Shown: positions 23,884 through 36,274 of the stretch, in pieces | Layout: every line of letters starts with the position of its first letter | Position numbering within the stretch: the first letter of the stretch is position 1 | Origin: Albugo candida | Lineage: Eukaryota | Direction: 5' to 3' | Assembly (NCBI GenBank): GCA_040437565.1 | Contig: JBDOQK010000049.1 | Location: 124,001-188,000 of the forward strand | DNA length: 64,000 nt | The notes under the pieces: generated by a model | Databases searched by the model: none | What the model was told of the DNA's origin: nothing | The model's input: the letters and a program-made list of their open reading frames with translations, nothing else | Made by a program: the position numbers and the translations under genes

Positions 23884-24220
23884 GGGGTCCGTACCCAGCT
23901 CAGTTGAAGGTGTCTATATTACTAGAATTAGAATAACTGACTTCTCTAGTTGCCTAGGCTATCTTAAATAACATATATACATATAAAAAACGTCTCGTGN
24001 NNNNNNNNNNNNNNNNNNNNNNNNNNNNNNNNNNNNNNNNNNNNNNNNNNNNNNNNNNNNNNNNNNNNNNNNNNNNNNNNNNNNNNNNNNNNNNNNNNNG
24101 GTTGTGTCGATATGTCGACTTGAACCATTGTTTTCGAGAGGAAAGAGTTGAAAAAAGCTGTTTTTCGAGGTGTTTTTACTAAATGACCGGGTTACTTAGT
24201 ATCCGGCAAATTGAGAAGTG
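23884..24220 (+). mobile_element. Non-autonomous TIR element, copy B
   Basis: Begins ggggtccgtacccagctcagttgaagg and is an inverted copy of 16230-16685. The centre is in gap 24000-24099. A short relic of the same end lies at about 22669-22705. Confidence 0.7.
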
Positions 24221-26157
24221 AGATTAGAAGTACAGATAAGGAACGAGCTCGTGTATTTATGGCTACGAACAGAACCTCGGAAAACTTCTGCTAACCGTCG
24301 AAAAATTATCTGCTCTATTTATCTATTTGGATGCTATCAATTTCACCCGTACGGTCATTCTTTCAAGTACACAAAAGCCGACTCCACAGTATGCATTTAG
24401 CCTCCTTAGAAAGCAGTAGAGACAAATCAAAAACTGACCACATGGTTAACGTATATTCGGAGCCGCTGTCCTATCTTTGTTCGCGTTTCGCTACCCGACC
24501 TCGTGGAATGGAAGCTGCTTGCTCGCATCATGCGCTGAATATGGAAGGCATGGATTCAAACGGCTGCGTCCGATCTAGTTCTTGTCTTGGACCCAGTGAA
24601 ACCGAACGCCATTTGAAGCTATTGAGCTCGTCGAATTTCTTATCAAGAACCAAGGATGGCACAAGTCAAGCGCTAAGTTCAAGTTCAAGTTCAAGTAGTG
24701 CCACTTTGTCGCGCAGTAATATGTATTCTGCAATATTCATGTTTGCTACATACACATCTTCACTGTATCTATACGCAGTCTTGTGAGGTAGGCGTTTGGC
24801 TGGAGAATGCGCTGGATCAGCCGCAAAAAAATCGTCAAGGTAACAAAACTAAAGACGAAAGTATGCAGTGAAAAAAACAAAAATAAAAAAAAACAACGGC
24901 AGCATTGGCTGGGTAGCATGGCATAAAGAGCATCACGAATGGCTCTGTACTCACAAAAACAGTGTCTTTTTCTCGGTATGGTTGATATTTCTTACTCTCT
25001 AGTAAAGAGATCCAATAAAATAGTTGAATTGCATTGATTCAATCAAATGCGTTTTGATGGGCCAGCAACAGAAGGCGTGATAAAAATGTGTGTATGCAAA
25101 TATCCTCTGGTGGACAGTAGTCTTAGTGATAGGACTGTGCGTAAAGCCAAGGTATGATCATGACTAATGAGGCGAGAATGCGCCTATACAAGATGGATAA
25201 CATTATATACGCAGTGAAAAGTATGCAATTTCACGCTATAGTAATATGCTCATGTATTTTTGTACATAATGTGATTATGTGAATGTGTTTAGATTGCAAT
25301 GTTCTTTTGCCTTGTCAATACATGTTGAAGTTCAAGGTTTAGGATTTAGGGTACAACAAGATGGGGAGCACATGTGCCGAGGCGTTCTTTACAACCACAT
25401 CAAAAAACGACTCGATCAAGGATGCATCGGAATGCGTTCACTTTTTTGCCATAAATGAAACTGTTATGACCGCGCGGTTGCTGGTGTCCTACCAATTGAA
25501 TGTCTGGTATCAAATTGAGTGGCTGTTGAGGTCTTTGAAGAGCGATGATGCAAAATGCCGGCCCATACAGAAAGCCAGTATATACAATTGACGTATTCCG
25601 TGAGATTACAAGTTCGGAAGCCGGTCAAGATTGTTCTTAACTTTGTTGATAACATAATGAATATATTGTGGATGTCCTAATTCTTTTCCCGCTTTACCTC
25701 GTTATCAGAAAGGTTGTACAGATATTATTCTGATTGTAATCTGTGATCTGGATACCGAAAAATCAAATGGCGCTTGACGGTTGGCTAAACGCTTGACGGT
25801 TGGCTTGCCAATATATGCCCGATTGCATTGTTGGCGATGTGAGGCTGAATAACAATATCGTTAAAGCCTACTGGATGAAGTTGGATGACTGTATCAACTT
25901 CAAATACCAAGGATAATTGAATATCAATCAGGAGCAATACCTTTTTATCGAATTAGGAATCATAAAAGGTAATCCAGTCTTCGTTGCGACTCTAAGAAAA
26001 TGTGTGACAGTCAATTAACAACTTGTGCGTTGCCGTCAACTATCATTATCTTCGTCCATGACATATCGTTTTCATCTGACTGGGAGAAAATTGTGTTTCT
26101 GCACATGGATAGCTTGTACTTAATTTTCCAAATATCTTCCAAGTATAATCATATGCG

Positions 26158-27241
26158 TCAATAAACCATCCAATTACCGTGGATATTGAAGACTTTCACA
26201 TGCGTGAAATTTGCGTCATANNNNNNNNNNNNNNNNNNNNNNNNNNNNNNNNNNNNNNNNNNNNNNNNNNNNNNNNNNNNNNNNNNNNNNNNNNNNNNNN
26301 NNNNNNNNNNNNNNNNNNNNAAGACGTCTTTGAATGTCTTGTCAGTACCATTGCCCAATAGCGAAAAGCTTGCAATAACTGCCTTTTTGTTTTTCTCTTT
26401 GCATGACGCTTCCAGTTTACGACCCACCAATGCTGCCAGGGATGATTTTCCGGTCATAGGTGGACTTTTGATGAGCAAAATATGTTTTCTGTCAAGCAAA
26501 TCAATAACTTTGCTGGTTAAATTACTCCTAAGTAGAGTTCGCTTATCCTTTACATCAACGCATTCACGTGGTGTTCCTTTTGTTTCTAGCGATCCTTGAG
26601 CACCGTAGTATAACACGTCGTCTTTTGGAATGTATGGTCTCGGGACAACTACCAACACGTGAATGACTTCATCTTCATCACTTAAACCTGTGAAAACTCT
26701 TGACAGTCTCTTTACAGGTCGTAACTTAGTCNNNNNNNNNNNNNNNNNNNNNNNNNNNNNNNNNNNNNNNNNNNNNNNNNNNNNNNNNNNNNNNNNNNNN
26801 NNNNNNNNNNNNNNNNNNNNNNNNNNNNNNNCGTGGTGTTCCTTTTGTTTCTAGCGATCCTTGAGCACCGTAGTATAACACGTCGTCTTTTGGAATGTAT
26901 GGTCTCGGGACAACTACCAACACGTGAATGACTTCATCTTCATCACTTAAACCTGTGAAAACTCTTGACAGTCTCTTTACAGGTCGTAACTTAGTCTTCA
27001 GTAGATCTTGAATGGTTGTAACGTCTCCTTGTTCCAATGCTTCCACTTCTTCAGAAGCGTCTGAAAGCCACACGCCGTTTCTTTTCGCGAGGTAGAGCTG
27101 TAATTCACGCGCATCACAATTGATCACATCTGTGTTCTCCTTCTTGATCGCGTACTTCAAGTCACTGATGGTATCATCGTCATCAATATCCACAGGGAAC
27201 GCACTTCCCTTTTCTCCAGCTAACAAGCAGAACAATTTCAT
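26158..27241 (-). CDS. CRN: Crinkler (CRN) effector with P-loop NTPase domain; middle missing in gap
   Basis: Starts MKLFCLLAGEKGSAFPVDID, contains LQLYLAK, the conserved WL and the HVLVVVP junction, then HILLIKSPPMTGKSSLA (Walker A-like). 26567-26731 duplicates 26832-26996 across one gap. Gap 26221-26320 hides the central/C-terminal part. Confidence 0.92.
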
Positions 27242-27574
27242 TGGAATTGGGTGTGATCCTTACACCAATCAACCTTCAGTATACTTGCCGCTAAATTCGT
27301 TTGTTACCATGAATACTGCATTTATTTTCCTCACACTGCTATACTGTATAATGGATAGCTCATAGTTGCTTGCTTGAAAGGAATGTCTTGTCCAAATTAT
27401 TTCTGTACCCAAAAATAAATACATAGATTAGGTCTGACGGAGATGCTTTCATGTTGCTTTATAAACATAATATTCTTCATTGAACGCTAAGAACCTTCTT
27501 GCAGTGTTTCTTTATTTGGAAATACAGCAACATGGCGAAGTGGTCGAAGAAGTAATCATTTGTGAATGCCTTGT

Positions 27575-27950
27575 TAGCGTGGAATTTTTTAACAGCGTAT
27601 TCTGCCTGCCGTCCACATAACCCCTTCCGATACACATCCATACATCGTCGGGCTTTTTTGCATATCACCGGATTTGGTTCAATAGGATAGAGGCAAGTGC
27701 TCTTGAGACTGTGATAATTTAGCTCGGAGTGAAATTTTGCGTAGAAGATCACCAGGTGTCCAGCCGCAAGGATCATCTCCTCTAGCATGCCTCGCTGCGA
27801 AACAAAGTCCGGTTGTCTCTTTCCAACCTCGCATTTATTCCTCAGCTCAACCTGAGACCTTCCCGCCACAGGACTCGTTCTGCAGAAGAATTTTGATGCC
27901 CTTCGGTTGTCCGCGACAAGCAAGATATGGGTGACTTTTTGGAAAAATTA
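27575..27950 (-). mobile_element. Degraded IS630/Tc1-mariner-like DDE transposase
   Basis: QPKGIK..ERVLW (frameshifted), QPDFVSQRGMLEEMILAAGHLVIFYAKFHSELNY and RRCMDVYRKGLCGRQAEYAVKKF match the xPKFHCELN-type Tc1-like transposases of fungi and oomycetes. Confidence 0.75.
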
Positions 27951-28329
27951 TGCTTTGAAAATTTCCCTTACCCCAGGTGGAGCTCAGAAACGTTTCATTC
28001 TATACCGACAATTCAGCGTGCAAGTGGATGTTCCACCATCTAATGGTGTCTCCAAAGATGCCACGAATGCTTTTTTGACGTTCTTCCAAGTTCGACTTTG
28101 TCCCACATCATGTGAAAGGACGGTCCAATGTCGTGGCCGAGGCATTGTCTCGTCCAGCAGTGTCTGCATAATATTCCAACGAATCCGCTATGCCTATTAA
28201 CCATGTTCCGATATGTCGGATGTCGTACATGAGTGTACAGATGACTGTAATCGACACACCAATCTTTTGGATAGGCACATGGTCACTCGGCTCTCATACA
28301 GTACATTCCGCTGAATGTCTCCTAACTCT

Positions 28330-30130
28330 TGCTCGACGATATGGAGTTGTGGGGGGAGAGTCGTCCAATAGGAGTCACTCAGGAGCAAATCCGCAACGCC
28401 GAGTTTCACGTTGTGCGCGCACATCTCAGCCAAGAAATGCGAAAAGCGATTCAGCAAGCTTATCGCAAAGACAAGTTTTTTGAAAAGATATCAAAACGAA
28501 AACAGGTGAATAAGAACTTCATAATCTACAAAGGACTCATGCCTTTAAAGCAAGAGGGTACAATGCAGCAATTATGCATTCCAGAAAAGCTGTAACTAAA
28601 GACGAAGATTTTATACGAGTTTCACGATGCAGCCACAGCAGCACATCCAGAAGTTCGCAGAACTTTGATGAAGTTGAAACAATTGTACCACTGGCCTAAG
28701 ATACTTGAGGCGGGGAAGAAGTACGTCGAGGTATGTGAAACATGCGCTCGTTGGAAGACAAAGAGTCAGCAAATGAAAGGATTAATGATCCTAATCCCTG
28801 TTCCGGAAGAATGCTGGGAAGTAGTGTCAATGGACTTCATTACTGAACTACCCGTGTTGGAAGGGTATGATGCAATTTGCGTCGTCGTAGACAAGCTGTC
28901 CAAGAGAACGATTTATGCACAAGCATGTTCGTTCGACTGCCGATTCGAAAGACACCGCAAAGTTATTTTTTCGACGCCGTAGTCGGCATCATGGACTGCC
29001 GAAAGTTATCATCAGCGATCGGAATCCGAAGTTCCCGGCAAACTTCTGGAAACCTCTATTGAATATGATGGTTGTCAAGCTAAGCATGACGACCGCTCAT
29101 AGGGCACAAGCGGATGGATAAACAGAACGCCAAAACTTGGTCTTAGAAGACGCATCACGCTGTCTGGTATCGTACAGTAGAGAAAATTGGGCCAAGCTAC
29201 TTGGTACCGTAGAGTACGCACACGCCACCTCGGTGAACGCGTCTACTAAGCTCACCCCATTAGAGATCGATTCCGGAAGAAAGGTATTCAATCTGATTGC
29301 GCACGAATTCAGAGGCTCCAAGGTTTGGGATCCACAACCAAATTCAAAATTCGCCTCAAATTTCACCAAGTATCGTCAAGACCTAGTGCGTAAAGCGCGG
29401 TGAAAAACTAGAACAAGCCCAAGAAAAGCAGAAGAACTACTAAGACGCTAAAAGAACAAGCCTCGCCTTGAATGTCGGTGACTTAGTTCTGCTAAATACC
29501 AAGAACTTGCCACTCAAGGCAGTCAAAGCTCACATTCAGTTGAAGAAAGAAATGCTCGCGGCCAAAACGTTGAATCGTTTGAGATAATCAAGATGACCTA
29601 CCCAAATGTAGCCAAGTTAAAGCTACCGCGAAATATGAAGAGACTACACTCATCGTTCAACGTCGACCTACTCTCTTTATAGAAGTCGAATGCTTCCGAG
29701 TTTGCGGGCCAACCGATTCCGAAAGCATCACCAATTATCCTAGAGTCAAAAAACGGGGGAAGAACTATACATTGTGGAAACTTGCTTCGTTGTCATCAGC
29801 GCAGCCGCCAAATAGGATGGCTAGTACAATGGCACGGCCACCCAGGTATGATAGTACTTGGGAGAGCGAGAAAGCTATACGCCACGTTTTGCATTGGCAG
29901 CGACTAGTGAAGGCCTTGTGGGACCGCCAAAGCGAACTCAAGTCCGGGGAGATGTCAGGTCGCCTGGTACGCGCGGCACGACAGGGAACATACCCAGTTG
30001 TGCTAGGGTAACACAGCTAAATGCGTTTTGGATACGCCATGACGTCACTACGAAGCTTCTAGAATATGGATAGGCTCAATGGTATCACAGACTAGCGAAT
30101 TAAGGAGCTAGATCTTTTTAATAAAAATTA
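28330..30130 (+). mobile_element. Degraded Ty3/Gypsy chromovirus 3' part: integrase, chromodomain, PPT, start of 3' LTR
   Basis: Zinc finger FHDAATAAHP..CETC, then WEVVSMDFIT..VVVDKLSKR, HGLPKVIISDR, TTAHRAQADG*TER and chromodomain LVQWHG..DSTWESE. Purine tract ggggaga is followed by TGTCAGG at 29953. Many stops and frameshifts. Confidence 0.9.
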
Positions 30131-30134
30131 TACC

Positions 30135-32470
30135 AAGTGAAGCACAAGCCTCCACATTGTGAGCGACGAGAGAATGACTGGAGAACCTTGTGATCGTGAC
30201 AGCGAGTGCAAATTACCAGATGGAAAATAGCTTTATGTCACGATAATTGCATCAGTTCTGCTTCATGTGACTGTGTCTGTGGGACCTCGTACCGTCCGAT
30301 TAAGATGTCCACCTTGTCTATTGATTACGAGGAACATTATATCGTATAAAAAAACTTGCTGCAGAAAGGGTTCAAACTTGCATATGTGGATGGTTTTCGG
30401 TCACTAGTGCATTTCAAGACTTCTGCAGCGGCGTTTGATGTACAAATAAATAATAATGTGCTNNNNNNNNNNNNNNNNNNNNNNNNNNNNNNNNNNNNNN
30501 NNNNNNNNNNNNNNNNNNNNNNNNNNNNNNNNNNNNNNNNNNNNNNNNNNNNNNNNNNNNNNGCGGCACGACAGGGAACATACCCAGTTGTGCTAGGGTA
30601 ACACAGCTAAATGCGTTTTGGATACGCCATGACGTCACTACGAAGCTTCTAGAATATGGATAGGCTCAATGGTATCACAGACTAGCGAATTAAGGAGCTA
30701 GATCTTTTTAATAAAAATTATACCAAGTGAAGCACAAGCCTCCACATTGTGAGCGACGAGAGAATGACTGGAGAACCTTGTGATCGTGACAGCGAGTGCA
30801 AATTACCAGATGGAAAATAGCTTTATGTCACGATAATTGCATCAGTTCTGCTTCATGTGACTGTGTCTGTGGGACCTCGTACCGTCCGATTAAGATGTCC
30901 ACCTTGTCTATTGATTACGAGGAACATTATATCGTATAAAAAAACTTGCTGCAGAAAGGGTTCAAACTTGCATATGTGGATGGTTTTCGGTCACTAGTGC
31001 ATTTCAAGACTTCTGCAGCGGCGTTTGATGTACAAATAAATAATAATGTGCTAATGGTTCAAGTCGAATCAAAACGCCCGATTACGAGTTCAGGTAATGT
31101 AATTTTGGCGGTAACTAACGATAATCAACTGCCAGTGATGATATAGACATGCAAGTTGGCACACTGATGCAATACCATCAACGTGTGGCTCATTTATCGT
31201 ATGACACTATCGAGCGTATGTCTAAAGACACGAGATCAGGGATACAGCTAAGTGACAAGAAACGTGCGAATTGTTTGACATGCCTGCAGGGATAGCAGGC
31301 AAAAAACGATCAGTCGAAGCAAGACACGGGCAAGAATTCACCTATCGACAGAATCGGAGGAGTGATATGCAGTGACTCAAAGGGACGATGACACCCAATA
31401 ATCGACTGGTAATCGATACCTGATAAATTTCGTGGACTAAAAGTCAAACTACTGTCGCATTTTTCTAGCCAAGACCAAGGACGCGGCAGCTAAGAAATTA
31501 AAACAGTTTTGGTCTTCTTTGAGAAAATGTTTAACTGCCGAGTTCATGTTTTGCGCACTGATGGTGGTGGAGAATCTCGAAGTATCGTTTATTCTGCTAG
31601 AAACGGGGGTTGCACGTCAAGTCTCCGAGTTTAGAAACCAGGCGTCGAATGGAAAGGCAGATAGGATGCACAGGACTATTTTGAACTTGGTCAGATGCAT
31701 GATTTACGCGTGTGGATTACCGCTGTATTTCTGGTGAGATGCCGTGGAGTACGCAGCGTACATACTTAATCTCAGTCCGAGTCGCTCTACCACAAAAAGG
31801 GCATCACCTTCCGAAGCTTTGACTGGTAAAGTACCAGATTTGAGTTCGAGTGTGGCTTTTGGTTCAATATCTACTGTGTACATAGACCCGTGCAAGAATT
31901 CTCTACAACAGCGAGCGCAAGTTTGAATAATCATCGGCAAGAGTGATGAGATGAAGGGATTCCGTGTGTATTTCGAAGAAGGAAAGGTTGTTCATTGTTC
32001 CTCAGCATGTCAACAATATCGATATCCTGACAGCTCAAAACTCGCATGCTTAGTGTGGACTTGAATCTAGTATTGGCGATAGAGGCGAGACGTCAGAAGG
32101 AGATGACGCGACAATTGCCTTGTCATATACTGCTGCAGATAAAGTGACTCAAGCCGTTACGAAAATAATGAAGAAAAAGCTGGGCAGAGATCGCGGCATT
32201 TGACGCCTTCGACAACAAGAACTCTGATGATTGTTGGTCAGCAGGAGGAGATAGCTGAGGAAGTGGTGAACCACATCGTCGAGCGAGATCCAGCTAGCTA
32301 TGGCGAAGCGATGTAGAGCTCAAAGGTACAAGAATGGAATGAAGCGATTGAATAAGAAATATCTGCTTTGAATTGCCTAGGAGTTTTCCAAGGCATTAAA
32401 CGACCTAATGACAGCAATGTGCTGCACAGCTACTGGGTGTTCAATACGAAGACTGACGCCGAAGGTAATT
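30135..32470 (+). mobile_element. Degraded Ty1/Copia pol (protease, integrase, start of RT)
   Basis: SECKLPDG; YHQRVAHLSYDTIERM..CLTC; GGVICSD; VLRTDGGGE; NGKADRMHRTILN; DPASYGEAM..WVFNTKTDAEG. Integrase precedes RT, the Copia order. The 5' part is duplicated across gap 30463-30562. Confidence 0.9.
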
Positions 32471-32653
32471 GGCGATATGGATAAAGAAAGCATCAAGTAT
32501 GACACTTGACGGTTTGCTAAATTATAGATGGTCCTTTGCTTTCTGTGCGTGAGAGATGATGAGAACATCATTGCAATTTATTGCTTCTTGTACTTTTTCG
32601 ATTGGTCAATTATTGAAGCTGTAATATACCGGTATGTACTGATACTTGTAAGC

Positions 32654-33873
32654 ATGGAAGCTTTGAGTGGATCATCAGCGCCCAAATCATCAGACGATTC
32701 TGAAACTTCTAGAGATAATCATGAGCATTGCAACGTGGAAACGGAAGCGTCACCACCTACCGAACACATTGAGGATACGCTTCAGCTCTATAAATCGCCA
32801 ATAACCGTGATTATGATTGGAATGGCAGGCAGCGGGAAAACCACATTAATGCAGGTTATAAACAGCTCCAAATTTCACCAAACAATCGTTTTATAGTTTC
32901 ACATGTAGCGAATCCAATCGTATGGCATCCAGCAGTCTATGCGTCAGTATATAATCAACCTTGACCCTGCAGTCAAAACGACCGGATACAGCCCCAACAT
33001 CGATATTCGCGACACTGTCGACTACAAACAAGTGATGAAAGAATACACACTCGGTCCAAATGGAGCAATTATGACTTGTCTCAATCTCTTTGCCACACGA
33101 TTTGATCAAGTGGTCGATTTGGTCGCAAAACGAAGCCAAGATCTCGAGTATGCTGCGCAATGCTTTGATTGTAGCTGGAAATAACGTAATTCATTAGCTT
33201 TTGTATTATTGACACACCCGGCCAGATCGAAGCGTTTACGTGGTCTGCGTCTGGAAGTATCATCACAGAATCACTGGCAATCACATTTCCAACTGTATTG
33301 GTATATGTGATCGATACTCCGCGATCCATTAGCCCCAATACATTTATGTCCAATATGTTGTACGCATGCAGGTATGCAGCCAACCATTTATTATTTTCTG
33401 GCTCATTTTACTTTTTTTGCAGTATTTTGTATAAACTTCGCTTGCCATTTGTGATCGTATTTAATAAAACTGACGTGATTCGACACGAATTTGCAGTGGA
33501 ATGGATGACCGATTTTGAAGCTTTTCAGAAAGCGCTGGATCAGGCACAGGATGATAGCTACATGAATAATCTCTCACGCTCATTGAGTTTGGTGCTGGAG
33601 GAATTTTACAACAATTTGCACTCTGTGGGCGTCTCTGCTGCAACTGGCGAAGGAATGGAAGCGTTCTTTGACAAAATCCATCTCGCCGCCAAAGAGTATG
33701 ACGAAACGTACATTCCAGAGTTGAAAGCCCGAATCTTAGAAAAGAAAGTGAGGAAGGAAAAACACGAGGAGGATGCGCTTGCAAGAATGATGAAAGATAT
33801 CGAAGTAGATGCATCAAAAAAAGAGCCATCCAAGGTGTATAGTAGTTTGGGAGGACCTCGCACAGATCTGTAG
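32654..33873 (+). CDS. GPN1: GPN-loop GTPase 1 (XAB1/Npa3), 4 exons
   Basis: Motifs [43 protein letters not shown] and NKTD. GT-AG introns at 32855-32908, about 33149-33198 and about 33372-33422. Confidence 0.95.
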
Positions 33874-34023
33874 GGATATTTTATTCAAGTACTCGCGCTT
33901 TTGCATCGTAATGGCGCAAAAAGCTCCGAGATTTGTTGCTGGATGTTTTTGTATTCTGAACGTATACCGGCAGAATACCTGCTCAAAACCTTTAATAATC
34001 ATCGCGACATCCTTGGTCACGAA

Positions 34024-36274
34024 ATGCTGTCAAGTAGCTCTGGAGCTCGCTTTGGATGCGTGTATCGCATTCTTGTGTGCACCTTGACAAAGCCATTGAT
34101 ACCAAAGCGTTTCCTCCACACATCACACCCAATATCGCTGCATTTACGCTCCTTTAGCGGATGGTGTGCAGCAAAGGAAAAAATAGACAATTGGAAATGG
34201 ATGAAAGATCGTCGAAATCAACGCTTACAGTCTTTTTTGAAAGCGGAACGTGCGTATTTTGATAGAATAACGCGTTCGCCCTCATTCTCACGTACAAAAA
34301 CCAATTTTTTTCGAGAATTTCTCCATCGCTTCCACCAAATTGTAAAGCATTTCACAGTTGCCGAGCGAATCGGTTCGTTCGACTACTACATAGAGAATAG
34401 AAATCGATGGAATTTTCCAGCGTATCTGCGTCGTGATGTACTCACTGGGAATACTCAAACGATTTTAAATCAAAACAAAGAACGCTTTTTGATCGATTTA
34501 CAGCCTTTCGCTCTGATCTCAACGATGAAATTCGGATCCTTTACCGACCAGCAGGATCATAACTTGCTAGCAGTATTGATGGATGAGTCCGAGAAAAGTC
34601 GACTGGTGGTCAAAAACCTTCAAACGCAAGAAAGTCGCGTTTTATTCCATTTGCCCGATACAATACGAAATGTCGAATGGTTGGACGCACCTAATTGCTT
34701 CTACTACACCAGAACAGATGCGTTACAGAGACCAAGTCAGGTCTTTTCATATGACATTCGTACAAATACGCACACACTTGTAAGTAGTACGTTCTTCTTT
34801 TTTGATCGTTCTGACAATTTACGCGCAGATTTATGAAGAAAACGATCTCGCGGTATTTGTCGACATTTCCCGGTCAAAAGACGAGAAGTATCTGTTCATA
34901 AATTGCAATTCCAAAACAATGTCTGAGGTTCGAGCGATTCCTATCCGCAATGCAGATACATGCGCGTTTGTATTGAGACCACGAGAGCTGAATGTCGTGT
35001 ACTTTGCTGAGCACGCTACCGATCGTTTCTACATCGTCACAAATAAGGAAGCCTGCAATTACAAAATCATGGAAATGAAAGATGATAACCCGTATGAATG
35101 GGAGACTTTGGTGCCGGAGCAGCCGTACGTGAAGATCGAAGATGTGGATGTCTTCCGGAATCATCTCGTGCTGTATGAGCGAGTGAAAAGTATCCCTCGG
35201 ATCCGCGTGATCGACCGTCAGAATGCCTCAGAATCTATTATACCGTTACCAAAATCCATCGCTGAATGCAATCGGATCATTCCAGGCGTCAATCGGGATT
35301 ATGCATCGCCAACGGTTCGATTTCTAGTATCAACGCCACTGATCCCAGAGCTTGTGTACGACTTTGACCTGGAAAAGAAGCAATTGATTTTGCGTCAAAA
35401 ATCAGTTGTCGACGCAAACGACTCCATTAAGTCTTCTATCCGTCGCTTTGACGGTGACAATTTTGTGTGTAAACGAGAATTTATTCCAAGCTATCACGAT
35501 GCCTCCATTTCTATCCCTATGACGATCCTTCATCATCGAGATCTCGTCCTGAATGGGAAAAATCCGACGCTCCTCGTGGGGTACGGCGCGTATGGTACCA
35601 ACATCGAGGCTGATTTTGAGCTGGAGCATTTGAGTCTTCTGACACGGGGATGGGTCATCGCTCTTGCTCATACGCGTGGTGGAGGCGAACTCGGTCTCTC
35701 GTGGTACTATCAAGGCCGTGGTCTTAGTAAGGAACATACATTTGACGACTTCTACTCCTGCGCTCGATATCTCTTGGACAAGCGCTACACTTCGTCTCAA
35801 TTGCTCGCTGGCAAAGGAACGAGTGCAGGAGGGTTGCTTATGGGTGTGATGGCAAACCGATATCCTCATTTGTTTCAGGCTCTTGTGATGAAAGTTCCAT
35901 TTGTCGATATTTTGGACACGATGATGGATCCTAAATTGCCTCTAACGCTTCACGAGTACGAAGAGTGGGGTAATCCGGCCAATGATGCTTCCGTCCACGC
36001 TTATATATCCTCGTACGCTCCTTGTGAGAACGTCAAGCCTGGTCGTATGCCGCACATGTTGGTCACTGGAAGCCTTAATGACTACCGCGTTCAATATTGG
36101 GAGCCTGCAAAATGGGTTTTCCAGCATCGTCAAAAAATAGCCGAAAATCCTTCCACATGTTTGTTGCTCAACATGAGCGATACGGACGGCCATTACGGAG
36201 GTTCAGGGCAATTGGATCAGTTTGATGAGGTCGCTACGGAGTTTGCATTTTTGCACAAAGCGTTGGAGCTATAG
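34024..36274 (+). CDS. Prolyl oligopeptidase family S9A (oligopeptidase B/PREPL-like), 2 exons
   Basis: YGAYG, HTRGGGELG, nucleophile GTSAGG, EYEEWGNP, NDYRV, DGH. Intron at 34780-34828. The start Met is uncertain; 34024 gives an Arg/Ser-rich presequence-like N-terminus. Confidence 0.9.

Noticed and set aside
24331-24786. 151-aa ORF with poly-Ser from (TCAAGT)n
   Set aside because: No recognisable domain and only a short microsatellite; coding status is unsupported.
25336-25352. Telomere-like TTTAGG(A/G) pair
   Set aside because: Only two imperfect units, expected by chance.
28330-32470. RIP-like hypermutation of retroelements
   Set aside because: The inferred stop-causing changes are of mixed types (e.g. 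CAA>TAA, AAG>TAG, GGA>TGA relative to expected residues), which fits ordinary decay.
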